NCBI GenBank assembly: GCA_964577685.1
Contig: CAZNZT010000001.1
Coordinates: 47,978 to 111,977, forward strand
DNA from: an uncultured Methanosarcinales archaeon
Lineage (GTDB): Archaea; Nanobdellota; Nanobdellia; Woesearchaeales; JACPBV01
Direction of reading: 5' to 3'
Length of the DNA: 64,000 bases
This document shows positions 1 through 10,210 of this stretch, piece by piece (the stretch's first letter is position 1; every line of letters begins with the position of its first letter). The notes under the pieces were generated by a model. It did not search any database. It was not told the origin of the DNA and saw only the letters and a program-made list of their open reading frames with translations. Position numbers and translations under genes: made by a program.

Positions 1-537
1 ATTAACTTAAATGGAGAAACAGATATAAAAAATCTTTATGCAATAGGAGAGGTATCCTGCTCAGGATTACATGGGGCAGAAAGACTGGCTTCTAATTCTC
101 TAACAGAAGGCCTTGTTTTCAGTACAAGGTTAATAGAGTTTCTAGGGAAGGGTATAAGAAACAAGAGTATTAAATCAGTCAAAAACAAGACTATTGGGGT
201 TATAAAAGGAAGCAAAAAGGTAAATCAGCTAAAGAGTGAGATAAAGAAAATAATGTGGGACAAAGTTGGAATAATAAGGAAAAGAGAGGGAATGAAGAAA
301 GCATTGAAGAGGCTAGACAAAATTGAAAAGATTGTTAATAATATTTCAAGAAAAGGAATAAACAAGGAAATAGTAGAGCTAAGAAATCAAATTACAGTAG
401 CTAAATTAATAACAAAATCAGCATTAGCAAGAAAAGAAAGCAGGGGTTCTCATTTTGTTGAAGACTACCCCAAAAAAGATGATAAAAATTGGAGAAAACA
501 TTCAATAATAAACAAAAAAGGAGTTAGATTTTGTTAA
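1..537 (+). CDS. nadB: L-aspartate oxidase / fumarate-reductase-family FAD flavoprotein, C-terminal part. The 5' end lies outside the window; frame 1 is open from nt 1, and the ORF track starts only at an internal Met at 253.
   Basis: Seen: continuous frame 1 from position 1. Translation contains '...SGLHGAERLASNSLTEGLVFS...' and 'RKESRGSHFVEDYPKKD'. Knowledge: the 'GLHGANRLASNSL.EGLVFG' and 'ESRG.H.R.D.P' motifs mark the C-terminal capping domain of NadB/SdhA-family flavoproteins. Confidence 0.6.
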   Translation: MNLNGETDIKNLYAIGEVSCSGLHGAERLASNSLTEGLVFSTRLIEFLGKGIRNKSIKSVKNKTIGVIKGSKKVNQLKSEIKKIMWDKVGIIRKREGMKKALKRLDKIEKIVNNISRKGINKEIVELRNQITVAKLITKSALARKESRGSHFVEDYPKKDDKNWRKHSIINKKGVRFC

Positions 538-578
538 TACAAACATTTTTAAAGAAGACATAAGTTCTTTTTTGAATT

Positions 579-2789
579 ATGTATGAACTGATAATAACAG
601 AAAAGCCACAGGCAGCTCAGAAAATAGCATATGCTTTGGCTGAAGATAAGCCAATAAAAAGAAGTATAAAGGGAGTCCCGTATTATGAATTAAAGAGAAA
701 AGGGAAGCAGATTATTGTTGCTTGTGCTGTTGGACATCTTTATGGATTAGACCAAAAGGAAGGAACGAAAAAGTGGGATTTTCCTATCTTCGATGTTGAA
801 TGGCAACCAACCCATGAAACAAAAAAACAAGCAGATTTTACTAGGAAGTATCTAGAAGCAATAAAAAAACTATGCAAAAAAGCCAGCGAATTTACTGTTG
901 CATGCGATTATGATGCAGAAGGTTCTGTTATTGGGGCAAACATTATAAGATTTGCTTGTAAACAAAAAGATGCGGCTAGGATGAAGTTCTCTACCCTAAC
1001 CAAGGAAGATTTGATAGAAGCTTATGAAAACAAATCAAAAACTTTAGATTGGGAGCAGGTTAGGGTAGGTGAAACAAGGCATTACTTAGACTGGTTTTAT
1101 GGTATAAATTATTCTAGAGCATTAACATCTTCTATAAAAAAAGCAGGGGCTTTTAAGATTATGTCTACTGGTAGGGTGCAGGGACCTGCACTAAAAATAA
1201 TTGTAGATAGAGAGAAAGAAATAAAGGACTTTAAGGCTAAACCATTTTGGCAGATTCAATTACTTGGCAAGGTAAAGGGGGAAAAGATTGAGGCATGGCA
1301 CAAAGAAAATAAATTCTGGGAAAAAGAAAAAGCAGATAAGATAGTTGAAAGAACAAAGAGTAGCAAGGAAGGGAAAGTTGAAAGTCTAGAAAAGAAACAA
1401 TTTAACAACGCCCCTCCAATTCCATTTGATTTAACTACCCTACAGGTGGAAGCATACAGGTGTTTTGGAATACAACCAAGGGACACATTAGCAATTGCTC
1501 AAGACCTTTACACTGGAGGGTTTATTTCCTATCCCAGAACATCCTCACAACAATTGCCACCAAAAATAGGTTATAGCAAAATTCTTTCATTGCTAAAAAA
1601 ACAAGAGAAATATGCAGGTTTGTGTTCAGAGTTACTGAAGAAGCAATTAAGACCAAATAATGGAAAAAAGACAGATCCTGCTCATCCTGCTATTTATCCC
1701 ACAGGGGTTATTCCTAACCTAGGCAAAAAAGAGATGAAAATATATGACTTAATAGTAAGAAGGTTTATGGCTACCTTTGCTGAACCTGCGTTAAGAGAAT
1801 CAGCTATTATAAACATTAATGTGAATGATGAAATATTCATCGCGAAAGGAACAAGGACTATAAAAAGAGGATGGCATGTTTATTACGAGCCATACCTAAA
1901 GCTAGAGGAAGTTGAATTACCTAGTGTTAACAAAGGCGATACTGTAAAAATAGAAAAGATAAACCTATTAGAGAAAAAAACTCAACCTCCCAAGAGATAC
2001 ACTCCTGCCTCTATAATAAGGGAGCTTGAAAAGAGAGGATTAGGAACAAAAGCTACAAGGGCTCAGATAATTGATACTTTATTCCAAAGAGGTTACATAG
2101 AAGGAAGGTCTATTAAGGCTACTGAGCTGGGTATAAAGACTGCAGAGGCACTAGAAAAATATGTGCCCAAGATTGTTGATGAAGAGCTAACAAGACATTT
2201 TGAAAACGAAATGGAAGAGATCAGGGAAGGAAAAAAACAGGAAGATATTGTTCTAAAGGAAGCAAAAAATGAGATAATCAAAATCATTGAAGACTTTAAA
2301 AAGAAAGAAAAAGAGATAGGTAATGAATTACTTGAGGCGCATAAAGAAACAAGAGATAGGAGGAATAATCTTGGAAAATGCCCCCTATGTGATGATGGAA
2401 AACTCATGATAAAAAAAGGAAAGTTTGGTTATTTTGCTGCATGCACTAATTATCCAGAGTGCAAAATTGCGATATCTTTGCCTAATAATGCAAAAATTGT
2501 GGCGTCTGAAAAAAGATGCGATATTTGTGGTTATCCAATGGTAAAAAAGATACTAAAAAGAAGAAAAGCCCAAGAATTTTGTTTAAATCCTAATTGTGAT
2601 TCAAAAAAAGCTGATGATAAAGCTGAAAGTGAAGCAAGAGATGTTGCTGATGGCAAAATAGAAAAAATATGTCCAAAGTGTGGCGGAAAAATGGTTTTAA
2701 GAAGTTCTATTTACGGCAGATTCTTCGGTTGCTCTAATTATCCTAAATGCAAGCATACAGAGAAATTAGAAAACAATAAAAATAAATAA
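579..2789 (+). CDS. topA: DNA topoisomerase I (type IA) with four C-terminal Cys4 zinc ribbons
   Basis: 736 aa. A Toprim/type-IA core ('GVPYYELKRKGKQIIVACAVGHLYGL') is followed by repeated C-x2-C...C-x5-C zinc ribbons ('CPLCDDGKL...CTNYPECK', 'CDICGYPM', 'CPKCGGKM...CSNYPKCK'). Confidence 0.85.
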   Translation: MYELIITEKPQAAQKIAYALAEDKPIKRSIKGVPYYELKRKGKQIIVACAVGHLYGLDQKEGTKKWDFPIFDVEWQPTHETKKQADFTRKYLEAIKKLCKKASEFTVACDYDAEGSVIGANIIRFACKQKDAARMKFSTLTKEDLIEAYENKSKTLDWEQVRVGETRHYLDWFYGINYSRALTSSIKKAGAFKIMSTGRVQGPALKIIVDREKEIKDFKAKPFWQIQLLGKVKGEKIEAWHKENKFWEKEKADKIVERTKSSKEGKVESLEKKQFNNAPPIPFDLTTLQVEAYRCFGIQPRDTLAIAQDLYTGGFISYPRTSSQQLPPKIGYSKILSLLKKQEKYAGLCSELLKKQLRPNNGKKTDPAHPAIYPTGVIPNLGKKEMKIYDLIVRRFMATFAEPALRESAIININVNDEIFIAKGTRTIKRGWHVYYEPYLKLEEVELPSVNKGDTVKIEKINLLEKKTQPPKRYTPASIIRELEKRGLGTKATRAQIIDTLFQRGYIEGRSIKATELGIKTAEALEKYVPKIVDEELTRHFENEMEEIREGKKQEDIVLKEAKNEIIKIIEDFKKKEKEIGNELLEAHKETRDRRNNLGKCPLCDDGKLMIKKGKFGYFAACTNYPECKIAISLPNNAKIVASEKRCDICGYPMVKKILKRRKAQEFCLNPNCDSKKADDKAESEARDVADGKIEKICPKCGGKMVLRSSIYGRFFGCSNYPKCKHTEKLENNKNK

Positions 2790-2805
2790 AAATTTTTAAG
2801 TTTCT

Positions 2806-4638
2806 ATGAAGAAGCAGATTTGGTTTTTTTTATTTTTAATTTCTATGGGAAACGTACATGCTATGCAAGGACATATGAAACTCCTTGCTGTTAGAGACAC
2901 AGGCCTTGGTTATGAGGGAGCCAGTGCTGACTTATATCTTGAAATAAAACCTGGCTCCGGAAGAGTTTTTTTGGATACATTTCCGCTGACAAAAGTAGAT
3001 ACACAAATATCAACAAGATTAGCAAAAGAGGTAGCATGTAATTATTTGAATAAAAATTGTGATAAGTATGATTTCATCTATACAATAAGGTCCGATTCTT
3101 CAATTGTGGCTGGGCCTAGTGCAGGTGCAGCGATTGCTATATTAACTATATCCCTATTAGATGGTTTTAAACTAAATGAGTCAATTAGCATAACGGGAAC
3201 AATAAATTCTGGGGGTGTTATTGGTAGTGTTGGGGGGATAAAAGAAAAAATAGATGCTGCAAGAAGAATCAGGCTCAAAAAAGTTCTAATCCCAAGAGGG
3301 GAAAGATTCATAAGAGAAGAGAGAATGGGAAAAAATGGTAGTAATGACACTAATACTACTAATGATATTTCTAATGAAACGCTTGACATTGTTGAGTACG
3401 GAAAAAAGATGGGGATTAACATTATAGAAGTATCAGATTTGGGAGAGGCATTATATGAATTTACAGGGAAGAGATTTGAAGAAAACAACTATAGCTTAAT
3501 TATTGACGAAGGCTATAAAAAGATAATGAGAGGACTTGCTATTGAATTGTGCAATAGAAGTAAAAAATTATTTAACAAAATAACTGAGCAAGGATTGAAT
3601 AAGAGTATTTATAACAGCAGCATTAGTGTAGCATTAAATTTAAGCAGAAGAGGGGACTCTGCTATAGCTAAAGGAAGATATTATTCTGCTGCTTCATATT
3701 GCTTTGGTTCAAATGTTAGATTAACCGAAGTTTTATTTAGAAACCTCACAAGTAAGGAAATAGAGAATAAGATTTCTTTAATAGAAAGGAATATAGAAAG
3801 ATTGGATGGAGTTGTGAATAAAAAGAAAAAGAAAACAATAACAGATTTAGAATCTTATATGGTAGTAGAAGAGAGACTAATAGAAGCAAAGGAGTATAAA
3901 AAAGAGATAAAAGAAAAAAATATTGAGAATGTTAGCAATAAGGATATATACAGATTAGCATATTCCTATGAAAGAGTATATTCTGCATTTTCATGGTATA
4001 AATTTTTTGTTCATATTGGCAGAGAGATAAATCTAGATAAAAATTCCCTTAGAAAATCCTGTGAAAAAAAGCTTTCTGAGGCCGAAGAGCGCCGCCAGTA
4101 TGTTATTTTCTTTTATCCAAGTCTTAAGGAGACCAGTACAAAAAGAGAGATAGAATATGCTTATAAGGATTTAAAGGATGGTAGATATGAGCTTTGTCTT
4201 TTCAAGGCAACAAAGGCAAAAGCAGAATCTGATATAGTGCTTAGTGTAAGTGGCATTACTAAAAACAAACTAGATGTACTAATAAAAAAGAAATTGGAAA
4301 TAGCCAAGAAGAATATTGTAAAACAAATCAGGAAAGGAAATTTTCCAATATTGGGTTACTCTTATTATGAATATGCAAATGATTTGAAAGATTCTGACAA
4401 GTATTCTGCACTCCTCTATGCAGAATATGCTCTAGAACTTAGTAATTTGGACGTATATTTCAAGCAGGAAGGTATCTCTTATCTGGATTACATCAAACAA
4501 AAAGCAGTATATCTTCAGCCGATTTACCTAATTGTACTAGGGATAGTAATTGGGTTTCTAGCTGCTGGAATTATGGTTAGGAGAGAATATTCCTACAAAA
4601 AAAGAAAAACAAAAAAGAGAAAAAGAACATATTTTTGA
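2806..4638 (+). CDS. Extracytoplasmic Lon-protease-domain (S16) protein with an N-terminal signal peptide and a single C-terminal TM anchor. No AAA+ domain.
   Basis: N-terminus 'MKKQIWFFLFLISMGNVHA'. Lon proteolytic-domain motifs 'SIVAGPSAGAAIAILTISLL' and 'GGIKEKIDAARRIRLKKVLIP' (catalytic Ser/Lys). C-terminal hydrophobic stretch 'IYLIVLGIVIGFLAAGIMV' followed by KKRK. Confidence 0.6.
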   Translation: MKKQIWFFLFLISMGNVHAMQGHMKLLAVRDTGLGYEGASADLYLEIKPGSGRVFLDTFPLTKVDTQISTRLAKEVACNYLNKNCDKYDFIYTIRSDSSIVAGPSAGAAIAILTISLLDGFKLNESISITGTINSGGVIGSVGGIKEKIDAARRIRLKKVLIPRGERFIREERMGKNGSNDTNTTNDISNETLDIVEYGKKMGINIIEVSDLGEALYEFTGKRFEENNYSLIIDEGYKKIMRGLAIELCNRSKKLFNKITEQGLNKSIYNSSISVALNLSRRGDSAIAKGRYYSAASYCFGSNVRLTEVLFRNLTSKEIENKISLIERNIERLDGVVNKKKKKTITDLESYMVVEERLIEAKEYKKEIKEKNIENVSNKDIYRLAYSYERVYSAFSWYKFFVHIGREINLDKNSLRKSCEKKLSEAEERRQYVIFFYPSLKETSTKREIEYAYKDLKDGRYELCLFKATKAKAESDIVLSVSGITKNKLDVLIKKKLEIAKKNIVKQIRKGNFPILGYSYYEYANDLKDSDKYSALLYAEYALELSNLDVYFKQEGISYLDYIKQKAVYLQPIYLIVLGIVIGFLAAGIMVRREYSYKKRKTKKRKRTYF

Positions 4639-4779
4639 AGATTGATTATTAAAACCCGGCAGAGCTTTTTTAGGAAAGCCCTGCTGGGAAAAAGAGGTGA
4701 TAGATTACTATCTATTTATACTGAAAATAACTTATATATAAACTTTTCTTTTTTGTATTATCCTAGAGTAGTGACAAAA

Positions 4780-5757
4780 ATGATGGGTTTAATGAAATTA
4801 ACTTTGATTGTTGGACTCATAGGGGTTATTGTCTTTGGATGCAGCAATGACATAAAAGAAAGCACAAAGGAAATACCAAGTGAGATTAATAAAGGGATTT
4901 ATGTGTACTTCTCACCAAGAGATAATTGTGAATCTGTTTTCTTAGATTTGATTAATTCTTCAAGAAGGTATATACACTGTGCATTTTTTGATGTTAATCT
5001 AAAATCTATAATTAAAGCTATAAGCAAAAAGAGTAAATCTATTGATGTTAAGGTTGTTATTGATGACGAAAATTGTTGTAAAATAAAGGGGCAAGGTGTT
5101 AGACAAGATACTAGAAAACAATATTCTCACAATAAGTTTTGTATTATTGATGGAGAAATTGTGATAACAGGCTCTATGAATCCTACATACGATGGGTTAT
5201 TTAAAAATAATAACAACTTACTTGTAATCTACTCTAGATATCTAGCAAGAAATTACGAAGATGAATTTATGGAGTTATGGAATGGATTGTTTGGGAGTGG
5301 AGAAAAGGTAAGATACCCCATTATCTATTTGAATGGTTATAAGGTTGAGAATTATTTTTGTCCTGAAGACAAGTGTTCTGAGCATATCATTAGAGAGATA
5401 AGTAATGCAAATAGAAGCATATACTTTATGGTTTTTTCCTTTACGAATGAAGAAATCGCAGATGCTATTCTTTTTAATGAAATAGTAGATGTAAAGGGGA
5501 TATTTGAAAAGAAAAACGCATTTAATAGATACTCGCAATACAAAAGAATGAAAGGTTTTGGATATGATTTAAGATTAAGTAATAGCAGAGGTATAATGCA
5601 CCACAAGGTTTTTATAATTGATAATAAAACGATAATCACTGGTTCTATGAATCCTACAAAAAGTGGCGATACAAAAAATGATGAAAATATTTTAATTATA
5701 CATAATGAAAAAATAGCAAAAAAATATGTTAAAGAATTTATAGAGCTGTTCAAATGA
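4780..5757 (+). CDS. Phospholipase D-like (two HKD motifs) secreted/lipoprotein. The ORF track extends to 4642, but the likely start is the Met at 4780, which precedes a signal/lipobox.
   Basis: Two HxK(x)4D motifs: 'HNKFCIIDGEIVITGSMNPT' and 'HHKVFIIDNKTIITGSMNPT'. N-terminus 'MMGLMKLTLIVGLIGVIVFGCSN' has a signal peptide plus a lipobox-like VFGC. Confidence 0.65.
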   Translation: MMGLMKLTLIVGLIGVIVFGCSNDIKESTKEIPSEINKGIYVYFSPRDNCESVFLDLINSSRRYIHCAFFDVNLKSIIKAISKKSKSIDVKVVIDDENCCKIKGQGVRQDTRKQYSHNKFCIIDGEIVITGSMNPTYDGLFKNNNNLLVIYSRYLARNYEDEFMELWNGLFGSGEKVRYPIIYLNGYKVENYFCPEDKCSEHIIREISNANRSIYFMVFSFTNEEIADAILFNEIVDVKGIFEKKNAFNRYSQYKRMKGFGYDLRLSNSRGIMHHKVFIIDNKTIITGSMNPTKSGDTKNDENILIIHNEKIAKKYVKEFIELFK

Positions 5758-6149
5758 GTTATTCTTTTTTGGCCTGGGGTCATAAGAATATAACTGGAAC
5801 CCATAGAAGAACACTTGAATTTACTAAAGATTCTGAGCTTAGCCTTAGAGGGAACTGTATTATTGGTGTGAGTGCTAATTTTGATTTGAATGAATTAAAG
5901 AAATTACTAAAAAACGGAAAGACCCTAAAAGCAGAGATAAAAGCAGATGGTATTTATGATACGGTAGTGTTTGAACCAAATAAGGAGTTTAATGATGAAA
6001 GAGAAATAGTAATAAGAAAAGGAGATTTTATATCTGAAAGAACTTTTGGTATTAAGGCTGATAAAGCATGCATAGACCTAAAGAGAGATTTGATAGAAAA
6101 GATTAGGAATCCAAATCAGAAAATTGAGGTAAAGATAATTATGTTGTGA
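5754..6149 (+). CDS. Small conserved archaeal protein, DUF371-like
   Basis: 131 aa. 'ITGTHRRTLEFTKDSELSLRGNCIIGV' matches my recollection of the DUF371 'THxTT.E.TKD...GDCI.GV' signature. No function inferred. Confidence 0.4.
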   Translation: MSYSFLAWGHKNITGTHRRTLEFTKDSELSLRGNCIIGVSANFDLNELKKLLKNGKTLKAEIKADGIYDTVVFEPNKEFNDEREIVIRKGDFISERTFGIKADKACIDLKRDLIEKIRNPNQKIEVKIIML

Positions 6150-6594
6150 TTCTTCTTATCTTTGGAAAAAAATTCAGAATCTTATCCTCTTTTATTTTAC
6201 CACAACCAAGATAATCATTTCCAGATTTGACGATAACAAAGCCGGTTAGGTTTTTTATGCTTTTGTCTTTCGGAATATCTTCTCCACTTAACCATTTTTT
6301 TAGATTTTCTTTATTTATATTAATTATGTTTCTTTTTGATTTTGGACCGATTATTTGGCTTCCTTCAATAGACAGTCGTACTCCTTCTTCTCTTAATTCA
6401 GCTATATACAAGCCGAGAGAATTTATTTTTATTTTATTTAAATCAAGCTGGGCTATATCTTTATTTATTATAAAAACCTTATTTTTATTGTTGATTAGGA
6501 ATACATAATCCAATTTATCTTCAAACCCAAATTGTTTTTTTAGTATATCAAAGAATTTTCTTTTTTCTTTCTTTTTTAGTTGCCTTAGTGACAT
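6139..6594 (-). CDS. Nip7-like pre-PUA/PUA RNA-binding protein (ribosome biogenesis)
   Basis: 151 aa. 'NSLGLYIAELREEGVRLSIEGSQIIG' (pre-PUA) and 'GFVIVKSGNDYLGCGKIKEDKILNFFPK' (PUA-like). Knowledge of archaeal Nip7 architecture. Confidence 0.45.
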   Translation of the reverse strand: MSLRQLKKKEKRKFFDILKKQFGFEDKLDYVFLINNKNKVFIINKDIAQLDLNKIKINSLGLYIAELREEGVRLSIEGSQIIGPKSKRNIININKENLKKWLSGEDIPKDKSIKNLTGFVIVKSGNDYLGCGKIKEDKILNFFPKIRRITT

Positions 6595-6613
6595 CTTTTA
6601 TGTTTTATTTCTT

Positions 6614-8377
6614 CTAAATGCCCCAAAGTGGGTTTGACTTTCTTTTTATTTGTGCTATCTCTTTAAGTACTTGTTTTTCATCCTCAGTTAAATATTCCTT
6701 AAGTGTTTTTAACTTTCTAAAGTCATTTTCAGGAACATCAGAATACAAAATATCTTGCTCATTAATATGCCTTCCAATGGTAACATTATCTACAGCTATT
6801 GCTGCCTGTTTGCCTTTCTCTATTTTTTCTATATTTTCTTGTTCTATTTGGATGCTCTTTACTTTATCTAGCCTCTTTCCATCAGATTTCATAAGCGGGG
6901 TAGCTACTCTTAGAGTCCCTGCTAGAACATCAACTCCAAAAATAGCTGGATTGCTTTGTCTGAATATATATCCCTTCAATATCTGTATTTTGCATGGGGT
7001 AACTAAAAGCTCCAACTCTCTTTTCTCTAATTCTTTTTTTCTTTCTGATTGCCATTTTTCTAAATCTTCTATTAATCTATAGATAACATTATTAGTAATT
7101 ATCTTTACATTTTCTTTACATATTCCAGATTCGTCAGCTACATTGAATCCTAAGACCACTGATTTTAGAGGATCCTTCTCGTAATTTGCTTCTGCATCAT
7201 AAAGGTCCTTCTTGGTTATATTGCCTATAGAGGCTTTTTTTATGGGAATGCCTTTCTCCCTTATTAAGCTAGAGAGGGCTTCTAATGAGCCTAAGGTATC
7301 GGCTTTTAGAACAACCCCTTCATTATCTGTCTCCATTAAAACCTCTGATAGCTCGGATCTTATTTCCGCCTTTACTTTTTCTATGTCTTCTTTAGAGCAA
7401 GACCTAATAGGCATACCTGCTATTGCTCCTTCAATGTCTGGTGCTGAGACTCTAACACCAGTAGCTGCATGTACTTCTTTTACTGATTTGAACTTGCTCT
7501 TTTTATCCCTCATTTCTTTTAATGGCATTGGTTCAAAAAGGCCCTTTACTTTAGTAACAATTGGTTCTGTTAATGTGCCTATGATTATTGTATCATTTCT
7601 TTTTAGAGAACCATCATATAGGATTACATCAATACATTTCCCTAGACCCCTTTCTTCTTTTACCTCAACTATTGTTCCTTTTGCGTACCCTTCAACATCA
7701 CATTTCAAACAACCTTCAAGAAATTTCTGGGCTAATCCAGTTATAACCATTAATAGTTCAGGTATTCCCTCACCCGTTTTAGCGGAAGTAGGAATTATTG
7801 CTATCACCCTAGTAAAATCTTCTATCCTATCAAACCTATCACTATCAAAACCAAGTTCTGATATCTTACCTACTAACCCATATATCTTTTTCTCTAGTAG
7901 CTCTTGAACCTTTTGAGATTGTTTCTGGATGCTAGAAATAAGAGTAGATTCAATATGTGTTTGCCACCCAGCAATTAAATCAATCTTATTGGCTGCAATT
8001 ACAAAAGGAGTTTTATAGCTTTTCAGTATTTCTATTGACTCTATCGTTTGGGGCTTTACTCCTTCATTTATGTCAATAACCAAGATAGCTATATCAGCTA
8101 AGTTGCCTCCCCTTTTTCTGAGGTTTGTAAAGGCAGCATGGCCTGGTGTATCAATAAAGAGAAGACCCGGAATTGTAAACTTCATCTTTAAGGCATCCAA
8201 TAAAGGCCCACATATCTTTTTTATTGTCTCTATAGGGATAATAGATGCTCCAATTGCTTGTGTTATTCCGCCTGCTTCATTAGCAGCAATAGAGCTACCT
8301 CTAATTTTGTCTAATATTGATGTTTTTCCATGATCCACATGAGCCAAAATAGAGCAGATTGGACTTCTTATTGCCAT
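6614..8377 (-). CDS. infB: Translation initiation factor aIF5B (IF2 homolog), no intein
   Basis: 587 aa. GTPase G1 'AHVDHGKTSILDKIRG', 'FIDTPGH', 'NKIDL'. Domain order and length are typical for aIF5B. Confidence 0.85.
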   Translation of the reverse strand: MAIRSPICSILAHVDHGKTSILDKIRGSSIAANEAGGITQAIGASIIPIETIKKICGPLLDALKMKFTIPGLLFIDTPGHAAFTNLRKRGGNLADIAILVIDINEGVKPQTIESIEILKSYKTPFVIAANKIDLIAGWQTHIESTLISSIQKQSQKVQELLEKKIYGLVGKISELGFDSDRFDRIEDFTRVIAIIPTSAKTGEGIPELLMVITGLAQKFLEGCLKCDVEGYAKGTIVEVKEERGLGKCIDVILYDGSLKRNDTIIIGTLTEPIVTKVKGLFEPMPLKEMRDKKSKFKSVKEVHAATGVRVSAPDIEGAIAGMPIRSCSKEDIEKVKAEIRSELSEVLMETDNEGVVLKADTLGSLEALSSLIREKGIPIKKASIGNITKKDLYDAEANYEKDPLKSVVLGFNVADESGICKENVKIITNNVIYRLIEDLEKWQSERKKELEKRELELLVTPCKIQILKGYIFRQSNPAIFGVDVLAGTLRVATPLMKSDGKRLDKVKSIQIEQENIEKIEKGKQAAIAVDNVTIGRHINEQDILYSDVPENDFRKLKTLKEYLTEDEKQVLKEIAQIKRKSNPLWGI

Positions 8378-8509
8378 TTTATTTTTAGTTTTTTGTTTTT
8401 TGGGAGCTTACCTCCTGAGGAATCATATATCATTTTTAAACATTATGATTGAGTAAATAAATCTTTAAATATCAGTGAGTATTCTACAATAGTAAATATT
8501 GGGGGCAAA

Positions 8510-8869
8510 ATGAGATTGTATAGCATATTTTTTGGTTTTTTATTGTTTATGGGTTTTGTTAGTTTTAATCCTATTGGAAAATTCTATATAGAAGAACCAT
8601 TAGAGAGAGGAAAAATCTCACTAAGTTATATTAATATAAAGAATAATCTTGATATTGAATTAGAAAAGGTTAGCACAAAGTTGTTTATTTATGATTTGGG
8701 ATTATTATATTATTCCATACCCCAGGACATAGAAGAAAGGGATAGTACCACTTCCGTATTAGTCATGCCCATACCTGAAGATGTTACTCCTGGGATTTAT
8801 TTAGCTAGGATTAGTGTGGGTAATGATAACTTTAGAGACATAAGGCATGTATATGTGAGGATAAGATGA
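8510..8869 (+). CDS. Small secreted/membrane protein, unknown function
   Basis: 119 aa with N-terminal hydrophobic signal 'MRLYSIFFGFLLFMGFVSF'. The stop overlaps the next start (ATGA). Confidence 0.4.
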   Translation: MRLYSIFFGFLLFMGFVSFNPIGKFYIEEPLERGKISLSYINIKNNLDIELEKVSTKLFIYDLGLLYYSIPQDIEERDSTTSVLVMPIPEDVTPGIYLARISVGNDNFRDIRHVYVRIR

Positions 8870-9144
8870 AAATGAGATTATTTCAGTTATTGGTTGTATC
8901 TATTTTTGTTCTATGTGGAGTGGTTGCTCTCTGTGAGGAATCCAAAAGAATAGTCGAGTTAAGGGTAATAGAAAAAGAAAAGGTATGCTGGTTTAATGAT
9001 GTAAAAATCCCTTTGAATCTTGATGAGAACCTTATAGTAAATATAAGATGTAATGATGACTACGATTGTTACAGGTACATAGAGGGTCTTTATGATTTTC
9101 GTGGTTTGAGTTATGAGTTCAACCCGAATGTTTATTGCGAGTGA
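8866..9144 (+). CDS. Small secreted Cys-containing protein, unknown function
   Basis: 92 aa. Signal 'MKMRLFQLLVVSIFVLCGVVALC' and 6 Cys. Translationally coupled to the previous ORF. Confidence 0.4.
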   Translation: MKMRLFQLLVVSIFVLCGVVALCEESKRIVELRVIEKEKVCWFNDVKIPLNLDENLIVNIRCNDDYDCYRYIEGLYDFRGLSYEFNPNVYCE

Positions 9145-9269
9145 GCATAAGTAAGATAAAAGTTTATTTCATGAATCAATTGTTTTAACACTACCTGTTT
9201 AACTTATTCTAACTAAAAAATGTTTGCAAAACAAAAGATATTTAAAGCAATTCTGCTATAAAAATAAAG

Positions 9270-10142
9270 ATGGTAGACAATATAGGGGAGCTTAGTAGTC
9301 TGATTGTAAAACTTACTCCAATAATAAGAACAATAGTGGCTGTTGTTGTTGCATATGTTATCTTTAGTCTTGTTTTGGGAATCATAAAGAAAGCATTGCT
9401 AAAAAGGGTAAAGAAAAAAAGACAGAGATCAAATGTGGAGATTTTCTCTAAGGTGTTAAAATATGTTTTCTTTTTAATCCTTATACTACTTGCTGTATCT
9501 TCCTATTCTGGCTCTTGGGCTGGGTTGGGCCTTGGGGTTGGTTTGTTTTCTGCTGCATTAGGTTGGGCCTTACAAAAACCAATTACTGGTGTTGCTGCTT
9601 GGATAATGATTGTCACGAAAAGACCTTTTGAAATAGGGGACAGAATTATAATAGGAAATGTGAGGGGTGATGTAAAAGACATTACACTTACCCATATATA
9701 CATCAGAGAAATAGGTGGGATTGTAGCAGGAGAAGAGAATTCAGGGAGGATAATAATGGTCCCAAATTCAACACTGTTTGAGAAGAACATAATAAACTAT
9801 ACCTCGGAAGATGAATATATATTAGATCAGGTTTCTTTTAATATAACCTATGAAAGCAACTTGGATAAAGCAATAGATATCGCAATAAAAGTAGCAGAAA
9901 AAGAAACAAAAGATATTATAAAGAAAACAAAAAAGAGACCATATGTCAGGACTTATTTTAAACCAAGTGGTATAGCTGTAAATGTAAGGTACTTTGCACC
10001 AGCAAAGAACCTTCAAGAACTTTCTAGCAGGATAACGCAAAGTATATTAAGGATGGTAAAAAGAGAAAAAGAGGTTAGGATAGCTTATCCACATACAGAG
10101 GTATTGTTGAAAGAAAAAGCTAAAAAATCGTTAGATTTATAA
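9270..10142 (+). CDS. Small-conductance mechanosensitive channel (MscS family)
   Basis: 290 aa. TM helices followed by 'ITGVAAWIMIVTKRPFEIGDRIIIGNVRGDVKDITLTHIYIRE', the MscS beta-domain signature. Confidence 0.75.
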   Translation: MVDNIGELSSLIVKLTPIIRTIVAVVVAYVIFSLVLGIIKKALLKRVKKKRQRSNVEIFSKVLKYVFFLILILLAVSSYSGSWAGLGLGVGLFSAALGWALQKPITGVAAWIMIVTKRPFEIGDRIIIGNVRGDVKDITLTHIYIREIGGIVAGEENSGRIIMVPNSTLFEKNIINYTSEDEYILDQVSFNITYESNLDKAIDIAIKVAEKETKDIIKKTKKRPYVRTYFKPSGIAVNVRYFAPAKNLQELSSRITQSILRMVKREKEVRIAYPHTEVLLKEKAKKSLDL

Positions 10143-10210
10143 ATGAATTAGAGTTTCTTATAGCAAATCAGCAAAACCCGGTTTTACTACTCTGAGAGTA
10201 GGAGGGTCGA

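Noticed and set aside
4642-4779. N-terminal 46-aa extension of the PLD-like ORF as listed in the track (start 4642).
   Set aside because: The extension contains promoter-like AT-rich sequence and no signal peptide. The Met at 4780 gives a classic signal/lipobox N-terminus, so the shorter start is preferred.
1256-8333. Many antisense ORFs in the six-frame track, such as 1256-1486(-), 2093-2407(-), 3078-3488(-), 5275-5804(-), 6227-6508(+), 6618-7082(+), 7212-7907(+) and 8070-8333(+). Similar ones occur throughout the window: 9503-9790, 11576-11941, 12660-12977, 16430-16897, 19458-19703, 27514-28081, 37325-37843, 39612-40178, 42967-43440, 55283-55873, 57513-57854, 60870-61745.
   Set aside because: Each lies entirely inside a well-supported CDS on the opposite strand or in another frame. 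Their Ser/Leu/Phe-rich low-complexity translations are the expected mirror of Lys/Glu-rich coding sequence. None has a motif or start context.
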